Source of the DNA: an uncultured Mycoplasmatota bacterium
Lineage (GTDB): Bacteria > Bacillota_I > Bacilli_A > RF39 > UBA660
NCBI GenBank assembly: GCA_946629885.1
Contig: CAMOYI010000009.1
Coordinates: 1-47,415 of the forward strand
Direction: 5' to 3'
DNA length: 47,415 nucleotides
How positions within the stretch are numbered: position 1 is the first letter of the stretch; each line of letters starts with the position of its first letter. The notes beneath the pieces were generated by a model. It was not told the origin of the DNA and did no database searches. It saw only the letters and a list, made by a program, of their open reading frames with translations. Shown here piece by piece: positions 9,894 through 18,875 of the stretch. The position numbers and the translations under genes were made by a program.

Positions 9894-10612
9894 ATCTAAA
9901 CATTAACGATTTTAATGGCCCATTAGATCTCTTATTGCATTTAGTAAAAGAATCTAAAATGGATATTTATGAGGTACCAATCGAAGAAATCACAAATCAA
10001 TATATCGATTATATTAATAGTCTAGAAAAGATGAATATAGATGTGGCTAGCGAGTATTTAGTTATGGCAAGTGAATTAGTATGCTTGAAGAGTAAGAGAC
10101 TTTTAAATATAAAAGAAGATGACGAAGAAGCAAATCAGTTAGAGTTTAAAATCGGAACCGAAGAAGAGCTCAGAAACAGATTAATAGAGTATCAAAGATA
10201 TAAAGAAATCACTGATAATTTTAAGGAATTAGAGCATAAGAGACAAGAATTTTTAACAAAAACACCGGAATCACTAGCAGAGTATAGGAGTGATATGCCT
10301 CTTGCTTCTGATATAACACTAGACGATTTGATTAGTGCCTTTAATAACTTTTTAGATAGACAAAAATTTATGAAGCCACTCAATACAAAGGTTACTAACA
10401 AAGAATTGAGCGTTACTAGAAGAACTAGTGAAATAAGGGCTTTGCTTGCAAAACATCATCGTATAGATTTTTTCGATTTATTCGAAGTAGTCGACAAGCC
10501 ATATATAGTAGTTACATTTTTGTCGATATTGGAAATGGCTAAAGCTAGTGAAATAGAAATAAAACAGGAAAAGAATTTTTCAAATATATTTATAGAATCG
10601 AAGGTGCAATAA
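9890..10612 (+). CDS. scpA: segregation and condensation protein A (kleisin)
   Basis: FNGPLDLLLHLV, ASEYLVMASEL, IVVTFLSILEM; adjacent to scpB. TTG 9884 is an alternative start. Confidence 0.96.
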   Translation: MNLNINDFNGPLDLLLHLVKESKMDIYEVPIEEITNQYIDYINSLEKMNIDVASEYLVMASELVCLKSKRLLNIKEDDEEANQLEFKIGTEEELRNRLIEYQRYKEITDNFKELEHKRQEFLTKTPESLAEYRSDMPLASDITLDDLISAFNNFLDRQKFMKPLNTKVTNKELSVTRRTSEIRALLAKHHRIDFFDLFEVVDKPYIVVTFLSILEMAKASEIEIKQEKNFSNIFIESKVQ

Positions 10613-11187
10613 TGAACAACTTGATGGGAGTATTGGAAGGCATTTTATTTGCAGTGGGAGATGAGGGAATTTCGCTCAAAGCTCTTTGTGAAGTCATGGA
10701 AATAGATGAGGACAAAGCAAAAGATGTACTTAAAGAATTACAAAAGAGATACGAGGGAAGTGAATATGGCATAAGAATTAGCTTTTTGGCAGATACATTT
10801 AAGCTTACTACAAAAAAAGAACACGCACCATATTATCAAAGATTACTTGGTAATCCTGAAACACAAACACTTTCTGAAACGGCACTAGAAGTGCTTGCAA
10901 TAATCGCGTATAATCAGCCTATTACGAGGGCATTAGTAGACGACTTAAGAGGTGTAGCATCATCTCAGATAATTAGAAAACTTTGCGCTAGAGGATTGAT
11001 TAAAATAAGTGGAAAATCCAGTATGCCAGGTAGGCCAAACCTATATAGTACAACGAGTGAATTTTTAGATTATTTTGGGTTAGCGAGTTTAAAAGATTTG
11101 CCTGAAATGAATAAGGAAGATCCTATAGAAGATAGCAATAAAGATTTGTTTACTTCTATATACAAAGAAAATCAAGAAGAACATTAA
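10612..11187 (+). CDS. scpB: SMC-Scp complex subunit ScpB
   Basis: LEGILFAVG, LEVLAIIAYNQPITR, GRPNLYSTTSEFLDYFGL. Confidence 0.97.
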   Translation: MNNLMGVLEGILFAVGDEGISLKALCEVMEIDEDKAKDVLKELQKRYEGSEYGIRISFLADTFKLTTKKEHAPYYQRLLGNPETQTLSETALEVLAIIAYNQPITRALVDDLRGVASSQIIRKLCARGLIKISGKSSMPGRPNLYSTTSEFLDYFGLASLKDLPEMNKEDPIEDSNKDLFTSIYKENQEEH

Positions 11188-13688
11188 TTACGCTTCTTGA
11201 TTTTTTTGTTAAATAAATATATTGTAGGTAATGATAGTATCGTTATGCATAAACTCATGTAGATGTGAGGAATAGTGTACTTTAATTCTATTACATGTTT
11301 TCCTTTTTCAATATCGAATGCAAGTAGGGTATTTCCTATCGCTTTTTTTTCAACCTTTTCTCCGTCTATGTATACATTCCAACCGGAATCATATGGAATA
11401 GAAGTATATACAAGCGAATCTTTATCGCCATCCACATTTGCACTGATATAGTGTTCACTAAATTCATCTATTTTAATTAAATTATCTTTTATCGTATTAT
11501 ATGACTCATTTAATGCATCTTCATCTACATAATATGCATAGAAAGCGTCATCTATGTAGTCTGAATAACCGATGTATATATCACGAGCATTTTCGACGTA
11601 TATTGTATAGTTTTCATTATAATCCGCGGAATCTATAACGTCTACTCCGATATCGTACCCGTAGTAGTAATCATCACTCATGTAGTAAAGTGTTCCATCT
11701 ATTATAACAAAATCAATACCTCCCTTAACTATATAAGTATAATAATTGTCGATAAAATCATTAGTTACATAGTGTATTACTGTTTTATCTCCTTCATAAT
11801 ACTCTGTGTAGTCAATTTCAAAGTTGACATTCTTGAGTACATCTTTAATTCCTGTAGATTTTTCAATAAAATCGTTTTGAATTTCAAAAGGATTTACATA
11901 TTCAGTGGACCAATCTATTAAGTCAGGATTTGATTTAAAAATTAGTGAAGTAGGGTATTCACTTCTATATGTATCATAGTTATCTGCACTTTCATATTTT
12001 TGATAATACTTTATAGGGTATCTACTAAATATGTATTTAAGATTGAACATCATACTGAATATTGGAGTATTTGGCTTATAGTAATGACTGTTGATTTCGT
12101 TACCGGGACTACCTAAAGCATGCATTAAAATTGCTTCATTTTCGTAACTCATGGAACTAAATGTAGTAAGGCCATAATAATCAAACCAATCTGGATCATT
12201 AAATGTTGTAATATATGGTCTATCTACTCTATATATATCACTATCATTATCACGAATAAACTCTAAAGAATTTTGAATATTACTATAATCGACATAGATA
12301 CTTTTCGTGTTATAAGATATGTTCCAATTCTCTTGATACTTTATAATACATTCTATACAAGCAGAAACAATGAAAAGTGTGACTGCGATAAAACTCATTT
12401 TTTTAAAGTATTTAAATGTCAATACGAAAGTAAAATAGCACGTAATAATAACTAGATTTAAGATAAACATATTTTCACTGAGATTATTAAAGTTTAAGAC
12501 TTTGGATAGAACTATAAATGCTATGCTAATAAGGTATGATATAATGAGCACAATGGTATTAATACTTTTTATTTTATCTAAGCTATAAGCACAGATAATT
12601 GTCGACATAAACACATAAAGAAATGAATATCTATATGGCAAATCATTTGGCACGTGTAGTCCATGCATGATGAAATCAAACTGAGGTACAATAAAACATA
12701 ATATTAAAAATAAGAGAGGAATTAGACATGTTAACTTTGTTTTTAACTCTATTTTTTTATTTAAGAAGAACGGAATAATTAACATTATAAAAAGTATACT
12801 TAAAGATATATTTGGTGCGTTCGTCTCTCCTGATGAAAAGACAGTTGTTCCCACACCAGATAAATGGTTGAAAATAAATTCTTTTAATGTAAATGAATAG
12901 TACTGACTTGTTGGCCAAGCATCACTCGTTGCACTTATACTATTAAGAGAAGTAAACATAGGGAAAATAACTAAAGCGCAGGTACATACTGATAAAAGAC
13001 TTGATAATATGAAATTACGAATTATTATTTTCTTATTATCCTTTTTTGATATAAGTATATATGAAATGAAATAGAATACTACAAAAATTGCAATCATATA
13101 GCCGATGAAATAGTTGGCATACATCATAAGCGACATAGTAGAGATATATAAAAGTATTTTATTATCATCCACGAGTTTTTCTACCCCAAGAATTATTAGT
13201 GGCAAGAAAATAATTCCATCTAGCCACATAATATTCCAGTAGTATGCCATAAAGTACGCTGAAAATGAATATAGAATAGATAGGGCAATCATAAGATAGT
13301 TACTGTTAAATTTTTTGTTTAATAGAGCCATCATAGCCATGCTAGATGCCGCAACTTTAATTGCAATAATAAAAGAGTACGATGTTATTATAGTCTTTTC
13401 ATTAAAGAAAAACATTATAATATTAAATGGACTGGATAAATAATTAAAGAAGTTTCTATAAAATGGTAAACCCAGTCCCATATTAAAAGAATATACAAAA
13501 CTTTTACCAGAAATTAACCTATTGAACATCTCTTTTAACATCGGAGCATACTGATGTAAAAAATCTACTGTCAAAAAGGATTTTTTCCCAAAGGGAGTAA
13601 TATCCTTTAAATACATTATCGATAAAACTAATAAAAGTGAAATTAATCCAGCTAACAGTAGTGGTATTTGTTTTTTAAATTTTTTCAT
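11184..13688 (-). CDS. yfhO: YfhO-family polytopic membrane protein (GT-C type glycosyltransferase, cell-surface polymer glycosylation)
   Basis: DFLHQYAP, NMGLGLPFY...YLSSPFN, WNIMWLDG, PYRYSF, SIPYDSGWNVYIDG; many TM helices; 834 aa. Confidence 0.88.
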   Translation of the reverse strand: MKKFKKQIPLLLAGLISLLLVLSIMYLKDITPFGKKSFLTVDFLHQYAPMLKEMFNRLISGKSFVYSFNMGLGLPFYRNFFNYLSSPFNIIMFFFNEKTIITSYSFIIAIKVAASSMAMMALLNKKFNSNYLMIALSILYSFSAYFMAYYWNIMWLDGIIFLPLIILGVEKLVDDNKILLYISTMSLMMYANYFIGYMIAIFVVFYFISYILISKKDNKKIIIRNFILSSLLSVCTCALVIFPMFTSLNSISATSDAWPTSQYYSFTLKEFIFNHLSGVGTTVFSSGETNAPNISLSILFIMLIIPFFLNKKIELKTKLTCLIPLLFLILCFIVPQFDFIMHGLHVPNDLPYRYSFLYVFMSTIICAYSLDKIKSINTIVLIISYLISIAFIVLSKVLNFNNLSENMFILNLVIITCYFTFVLTFKYFKKMSFIAVTLFIVSACIECIIKYQENWNISYNTKSIYVDYSNIQNSLEFIRDNDSDIYRVDRPYITTFNDPDWFDYYGLTTFSSMSYENEAILMHALGSPGNEINSHYYKPNTPIFSMMFNLKYIFSRYPIKYYQKYESADNYDTYRSEYPTSLIFKSNPDLIDWSTEYVNPFEIQNDFIEKSTGIKDVLKNVNFEIDYTEYYEGDKTVIHYVTNDFIDNYYTYIVKGGIDFVIIDGTLYYMSDDYYYGYDIGVDVIDSADYNENYTIYVENARDIYIGYSDYIDDAFYAYYVDEDALNESYNTIKDNLIKIDEFSEHYISANVDGDKDSLVYTSIPYDSGWNVYIDGEKVEKKAIGNTLLAFDIEKGKHVIELKYTIPHIYMSLCITILSLPTIYLFNKKIKKRN

Positions 13689-13748
13689 ATTATCACCATA
13701 AAAATTATATCTTATTTTCTTTTTTTCGTAAACGGCAATTTACATTTG

Positions 13749-13777
13749 TTGAAAAATTAAAATTCGTCTGTTATACT
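13749..13777 (+). promoter_or_regulatory. sigmaA-type promoter for orphan 13807
   Basis: TTGAAA-N17-TATACT with an extended -10 TG. Confidence 0.65.
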
Positions 13778-13806
13778 AAACTTGGAATTTGAAAGAGTTG
13801 GGGGAT

Positions 13807-14985
13807 ATGCGTACTACTTATTATGAAAAATTACAAAACATTAATTTGGTAAGAAATGGTGAATATAGGTATACTACTGAAGACAAAGAATTAGATGAGT
13901 TTTTTGGCCTCAATAAACAATTTTACCTTTTACCAGATGCGAATAAAATTGTAGAACTTGCGAGTTATAACTTTTTATTTGCTATACTAGGATATCGCAT
14001 GACGGCGGTAACAAGCACTAAAGAAGGATACATTGCATCATATAGTGATAAAAGTGGAAAACACTTTGGTACTTTTTCAACTGGTATGATGTTTTCTGAG
14101 GAATATATATTAAAAAAAATAGTTGCAGCCTATAAAAAAGAAATTCGCAACATTAGTTTCAAAGGAGCACTATCGATCGATTATAGCCAACAAGATAGAA
14201 TTAGTTCTAAAGCTACAGGCGTTAGTTTACCAAAAGAAGTGGTTGATAAGCTCAATTTATATGGGAAAGTATTAAGTATTCTATCTCAAGACAAAACACT
14301 ATTGACCAGGTGCCGTTTGATAAGTGGCTCAATTGAGGATAAAGAGAGTATTGATTTTAGTTCATTCGATGAGGTCAATTTAAATAACTGTAGCGATAAC
14401 CATAGAATTCTTTGTAAGTTTATCTGTGGAAGTAACGAGGAATTATATAAATATTTAGATAACTATATCTGTTCGAAAGAGTCTTGGAAAAAGATGGATT
14501 TCGATGAAAGTTCAGTGCCAGATGAATTAAAAAAATCATTTGATGCTGCTAAAACAATTTTTGATAGTATATATGATAGTATAATAGATGGGTACCAGAA
14601 ATATTTCGGTAAACATAAAAATGCTGACGGAAATGCAGAAATTTATAATTTAGCAGATTCAGAGCTGTTTGACACCTATTTACCTCTTTTAACAAGCTAT
14701 GTAAATGAAAACTATCCGGATTGTAAAGATAAAACAGGAAAAGTGATGCAAGTATTTAGAGACATACTAAATATGTGTAAGACTGATTACAGTATAGATG
14801 TTGTCCTATGGGTTATGGAAAAAATAAAAAACATTACTGATGAATTTTTGCTTCCAGATGCTGCAACTAAGAGCGATCAAAGAGATGAATTGAATAGAAA
14901 ATTCGTAGAAATGGCTTTAAATCGAGCAGAAAACTTGGCCGCCGTTTTTGGTCAAACAGTATCTGGTGGTTCAATACAAATATAA
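13807..14985 (+). CDS. hypothetical soluble protein (~392 aa)
   Basis: Long ORF; ATG 13807 after GAGTTGGGGG is preferred over TTG 13789; no recognisable domain. Confidence 0.82.
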   Translation: MRTTYYEKLQNINLVRNGEYRYTTEDKELDEFFGLNKQFYLLPDANKIVELASYNFLFAILGYRMTAVTSTKEGYIASYSDKSGKHFGTFSTGMMFSEEYILKKIVAAYKKEIRNISFKGALSIDYSQQDRISSKATGVSLPKEVVDKLNLYGKVLSILSQDKTLLTRCRLISGSIEDKESIDFSSFDEVNLNNCSDNHRILCKFICGSNEELYKYLDNYICSKESWKKMDFDESSVPDELKKSFDAAKTIFDSIYDSIIDGYQKYFGKHKNADGNAEIYNLADSELFDTYLPLLTSYVNENYPDCKDKTGKVMQVFRDILNMCKTDYSIDVVLWVMEKIKNITDEFLLPDAATKSDQRDELNRKFVEMALNRAENLAAVFGQTVSGGSIQI

Positions 14986-15002
14986 ATTGATAATATATTT
15001 GG

Positions 15003-15031
15003 TTGACAAAATTGTATATTTTAGATAGAAT
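15003..15031 (+). promoter_or_regulatory. near-consensus sigmaA promoter for the pilin-like gene
   Basis: TTGACA-N17-TAGAAT. Confidence 0.75.
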
Positions 15032-15063
15032 AATCATAGAAATAAGAAAGAGAGATGTTTTAA

Positions 15064-15537
15064 ATGAACGGATTATTAGGAGCTATTACAACAAATATCG
15101 ATGAATTGTGCTACGATGCAGCACCAATATTGAAATTGGCTGGTTGGGTATTGACAGTATTTAAGATCGCTATTCCACTAATTATAATTGCTTTAGGTGT
15201 TGTGGATTTAGCCTCAGCAGCAATTTCAAGTAAACCAGAAGAGATGAAAAAGAGTATTACTAGTTTGGTATGGAGATTAGTAGGTGGTATTGCTATATTC
15301 TTCATTCCTACATTAGTTATGTTAGTATTCGGATTCATTTCTGATTACCGTGATGCAGAGAATGGAGTATCTTCTTGGCAAATTTGTTACAGTTGTATTA
15401 CTTCACCTTGGGACGATTATTGTTCTGTTGCTTCTAAAGCAAAAGGTGCAAACGTGTCTTATACAACATGCTTTGACCCAAAGGTGGAATCGGGCAGCGT
15501 GAAATTAGGCATCAAAAACGATGTTAAATGTAAGTAA
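15064..15537 (+). CDS. VirB2/TrbC-like conjugal pilin-type membrane protein with a Cys-rich C-terminus
   Basis: Two hydrophobic helices separated by a charged loop (SSKPEEMKKS...WRLVGGIAIFFIP), a pilin-like hairpin, placed at the head of a T4SS cluster. Confidence 0.65.
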   Translation: MNGLLGAITTNIDELCYDAAPILKLAGWVLTVFKIAIPLIIIALGVVDLASAAISSKPEEMKKSITSLVWRLVGGIAIFFIPTLVMLVFGFISDYRDAENGVSSWQICYSCITSPWDDYCSVASKAKGANVSYTTCFDPKVESGSVKLGIKNDVKCK

Positions 15538-15569
15538 AAAGTATCAAGTAATAGCTTGATACTTTTTTT
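15536..15569 (+). terminator. intrinsic terminator after the pilin-like gene
   Basis: 13-bp stem AAAAAGTATCAAG/CTTGATACTTTTT with a 6-nt loop. Confidence 0.88.
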
Positions 15570-15660
15570 ATGACTACATGAGTTAACTAAGTAATTTGTT
15601 AAAAGTATTCTTTGCATGAAAAATTATATTAAAAATAGCCTTTATTTGGCTGTCAATTTG

Positions 15661-15669
15661 TGTTATAAT
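15661..15669 (+). promoter_or_regulatory. extended -10 promoter for the T4SS core operon
   Basis: TGtTATAAT about 40 nt upstream of the ATG at 15711; poor -35. Confidence 0.55.
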
Positions 15670-15710
15670 TTTATATGATTATATTTGTATAAATAGATTG
15701 GGTGAGTATT

Positions 15711-18017
15711 ATGGCAAGTGGATTATTGCTTGGAAGGTTTTTCATTATAACTTGGATTTTCAGACTCTTAATGTTTTTGGATAATTTACTTTTGAATTTG
15801 TGTAGGGCTTCGTATAGAGTTTTTGTCTATACTTCTCGTATTACCTTGATAAGCGGTGATCAGATTGAACTTTTCACAAATAGAGTTTATTTAATTCTTG
15901 GTATTGCACTAGTATTTATAATTGCGTATAACCTGTTAACTTATATAGTCGATCCGGATAAGATGTCCGATAAAAAAACAGGCGCAGCTGCATTTGTTAA
16001 AAACGTCATAATATCATTGACATTAATAGTTATTACTCCGATGGCTTTTGTAAAATTGTATTCTTTTCAAAATACAATTATTACAAATGGTATAATTGCC
16101 AATTTAATAATGGGAACGCCGTCCGATGGAACGGTTGATGTAGATGAAGATATGTCACCTAGCGAAATAGCTGATGAATATTTGGATAATGGAGCTAGAA
16201 ATATTACAGCTAGCGTGTATTCCTCATTTATTTTACCTACTGACAATGACTTTAGCGTGCTTGATTGTCCTACTACTAAAGCGGAACTTGCATCCTCAGA
16301 TCTTATAGGAGCCCACATGGATTATTGTGATGCATATTATGAAATGTTAGAAACGGGCAGTAACAGCGCATTTAGAGATCTTATAGACGATTACGAGGAG
16401 GAGTTCGATTATTATTTTTTAGTTTCCACAGCTGGAGTCTTAGCGATGCTCTTTTTCTTCGGATCATATTGTTTAGAACTTGGTAGACGTGCAGGCAGGT
16501 TGGCGATACTTCAACTACTAGCACCAATTCCACTTGCTATGGAAGTTATACCTGGTAGAAGTGGATCTCGACAGAGGTGGCTAAATGATGTCGTCAGCAC
16601 ATATTTAGATGTATTTATCTATCAGGCAACTATTTTTATCATCATTTTCTTACTACAGTTTGTTGGTCCTGCGGTTCAAAATTTGTTTGCATCAGCATAT
16701 AGTTCAGCCAGGGTTTTATTGTTAAATATTGAACCATCATTTCAAAACTTATTTTATTCAGCTAGCATAGGCTCTGCAATTGAACGAACTATCGCAATAA
16801 TATTCCTAGTATTCGGATTGTTTAAGTTTGGAAAAGAAGTACCTAAAATGATCGAAGACCTAATCGGAATAAAAGGTGCTGGTTCATTTGGAGATGTATT
16901 TAAGAGATCTCTTGCTATGGCAGGAGTTAGTGCAGGATTAATTGGTTCTACTGCAACAAGGTTTAGTAGAAACTACGCCAATACTGAGGGAACTAGGGGT
17001 CAAAAAATTATGAGTGGCGTTGCGGGTGCTACATCGGGTATTGCAAGGACTCTCTGGGGTGCTAGGAATGTTCATAGCATAAAAGATGCAAGGAATTTGC
17101 AAAGCAGAGTTAATAACCAAGTTTCTTCAGCCAAAGTAAGAAGAGCCAACTATATGTCTAGAGCACGTGAAAAGATATTGGATCCGAGTGGAAATGCAGG
17201 ATGGCTTGATACATATGCTCAGATGAAACGGGATAGACACTTAGAACGTAGTGAAGATAGACAATTTGCTAGACACGAAAGGTGGACAGGAAAATCGTTT
17301 GAGGCAGATAATGAAAGGTTGACAGCATTAGATACACTTAAAACAAGGACAAAAGGCGCAAACTTCAAACTTCGGGACGATGCCGAATATGCAGAATTTG
17401 ATAATCACGAAAGAGATTATAAACTCGAATATGACGCAAGTCAGAGAGAGTTCTTGAGATTAGAAGCATCTGCCGATGGACTAAGTGCTTTAAAGACAAA
17501 TTACTTGCAAAATCACGCGGGGAGCACCGACGACGATTTTTATAAGTGGTTAGGCCAAGACGGAAATGCATTTAGAGATGTTTATTCAAATGTTATAGAC
17601 GCTAGAAATCAAACGTTTGAGAAGGAAAATTTATGGCAAGAAGCTAAAGACAAGAAAGCAGACGTCGAGAAGAACATACTCGAAAAAAAGAAACTCAATG
17701 TTATAAGGCAATCTGCAGTTGAAACATTAGTCGAATTAAAGTCGAATCCATTATTGTCTAATTTGACGAATGCAAGTGGACAAAAATATTCCGATCTTCT
17801 TTCAAAACTTATAAACGACAAAGGTGAACTTCTCGATAGTAACGGTAATGCTATCGATCATCCAACCGCAGATCAAGTAAAAGCTATTCGTAAGATGACT
17901 AGCGAAATTTCTACAGCCGCTACAAATCAGATTACTCAAATTAACATCGACCGTGCATCACAAAGAAGAGAAAAAGAACTTAGAGATGCTAGACAAAAGA
18001 ATAACAACAATAAATAA
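15711..18017 (+). CDS. VirB6/TrbL-like polytopic T4SS membrane protein with a long hydrophilic C-terminus
   Basis: Multiple TM helices, the VirB6-like segment RAGRLAILQLLAPIPLAM...RQRWL, a Gly/Ala-rich linker and a charged tail; directly upstream of PrgI and VirB4. ATG 15711 follows GGGTGA. Confidence 0.7.
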   Translation: MASGLLLGRFFIITWIFRLLMFLDNLLLNLCRASYRVFVYTSRITLISGDQIELFTNRVYLILGIALVFIIAYNLLTYIVDPDKMSDKKTGAAAFVKNVIISLTLIVITPMAFVKLYSFQNTIITNGIIANLIMGTPSDGTVDVDEDMSPSEIADEYLDNGARNITASVYSSFILPTDNDFSVLDCPTTKAELASSDLIGAHMDYCDAYYEMLETGSNSAFRDLIDDYEEEFDYYFLVSTAGVLAMLFFFGSYCLELGRRAGRLAILQLLAPIPLAMEVIPGRSGSRQRWLNDVVSTYLDVFIYQATIFIIIFLLQFVGPAVQNLFASAYSSARVLLLNIEPSFQNLFYSASIGSAIERTIAIIFLVFGLFKFGKEVPKMIEDLIGIKGAGSFGDVFKRSLAMAGVSAGLIGSTATRFSRNYANTEGTRGQKIMSGVAGATSGIARTLWGARNVHSIKDARNLQSRVNNQVSSAKVRRANYMSRAREKILDPSGNAGWLDTYAQMKRDRHLERSEDRQFARHERWTGKSFEADNERLTALDTLKTRTKGANFKLRDDAEYAEFDNHERDYKLEYDASQREFLRLEASADGLSALKTNYLQNHAGSTDDDFYKWLGQDGNAFRDVYSNVIDARNQTFEKENLWQEAKDKKADVEKNILEKKKLNVIRQSAVETLVELKSNPLLSNLTNASGQKYSDLLSKLINDKGELLDSNGNAIDHPTADQVKAIRKMTSEISTAATNQITQINIDRASQRREKELRDARQKNNNNK

Positions 18018-18034
18018 GAAAGGAATAAAAGAGG

Positions 18035-18349
18035 ATGAATGGGAATTATTTGATACCAGCAAACTCCAAGAAGTCTGGTATGATACTAGGATTATTTATG
18101 CCAATTGATTTAATAATTTTTGGCTCTGGTGTGGGATTGACATTAATTCTATTAATGGCTATACATGCGACATCACTTTCCACAATTATAATTATACTCC
18201 TTCCTGCATTGATTAGTGGATTTTTGGTATTTCCTGTACCAAACTATCACAATGTTTTACAGCTAATTATTAATATAACTACATACATATTTAAACCAAG
18301 AGATTATATATGGAAAGGATGGAATTATAAAAATGGCGACAAAAAATAG
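18035..18349 (+). CDS. PrgI/VirB3-like small membrane protein
   Basis: YLIPANSK-type N-terminus, two TM helices, C-terminal PRDYIWKG; canonical position before VirB4. Confidence 0.7.
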   Translation: MNGNYLIPANSKKSGMILGLFMPIDLIIFGSGVGLTLILLMAIHATSLSTIIIILLPALISGFLVFPVPNYHNVLQLIINITTYIFKPRDYIWKGWNYKNGDKK

Positions 18350-18875
18350 TGAGGATTGGCTACCAATCAAAAGCATAACAAATGGACACATCATTTTAGA
18401 TGATGGAATGATGGTGACAGGAGTTAAAATTGAACCCAAAAATATATTTATACTCGATCAAGCAGTTCAAGCTAATGTCATAATGGAACTTAGAAACTTT
18501 TACAATACAATAGATTATGAATTTTGGTTGATATCAGCTGGTAGACCAGTGGACATCAACTTATATTTGGCAAGTTTACAAGTTCACTATAACAATACTA
18601 CTAGCCAACAGGTGAGAAAGCTTTTGATGCAAGATATAAATAAGGCAAATGAATTTATGAGTACACAGGCAAATGTTGTCGATACGGAATATTTTATTCT
18701 GTTTAAAGAGAAAAAACCTGAAATAATTCAAAAAAGGATTCAGGGGTTAATCAGTGGACTTGCTAGATGTACTTTAAATAGTAAGCAGGTATCTAATGAT
18801 GATTTAAGAATGATTTTAGATAACTTCTTTAATGGGGCAGAGGGATTTAGATTTGGAACGGTGACGAGTTTATGA
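18333..18875 (+). CDS. TrsD-like protein resembling a VirB4 N-terminal domain
   Basis: WLPIKSITNGHIIL...VKIEPKNIFIL...FYNTIDYEFWL...RPVDINLYL resembles the small protein between PrgI and VirB4 in monoderm T4SS; overlaps both neighbouring genes. Confidence 0.6.
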   Translation: MATKNSEDWLPIKSITNGHIILDDGMMVTGVKIEPKNIFILDQAVQANVIMELRNFYNTIDYEFWLISAGRPVDINLYLASLQVHYNNTTSQQVRKLLMQDINKANEFMSTQANVVDTEYFILFKEKKPEIIQKRIQGLISGLARCTLNSKQVSNDDLRMILDNFFNGAEGFRFGTVTSL

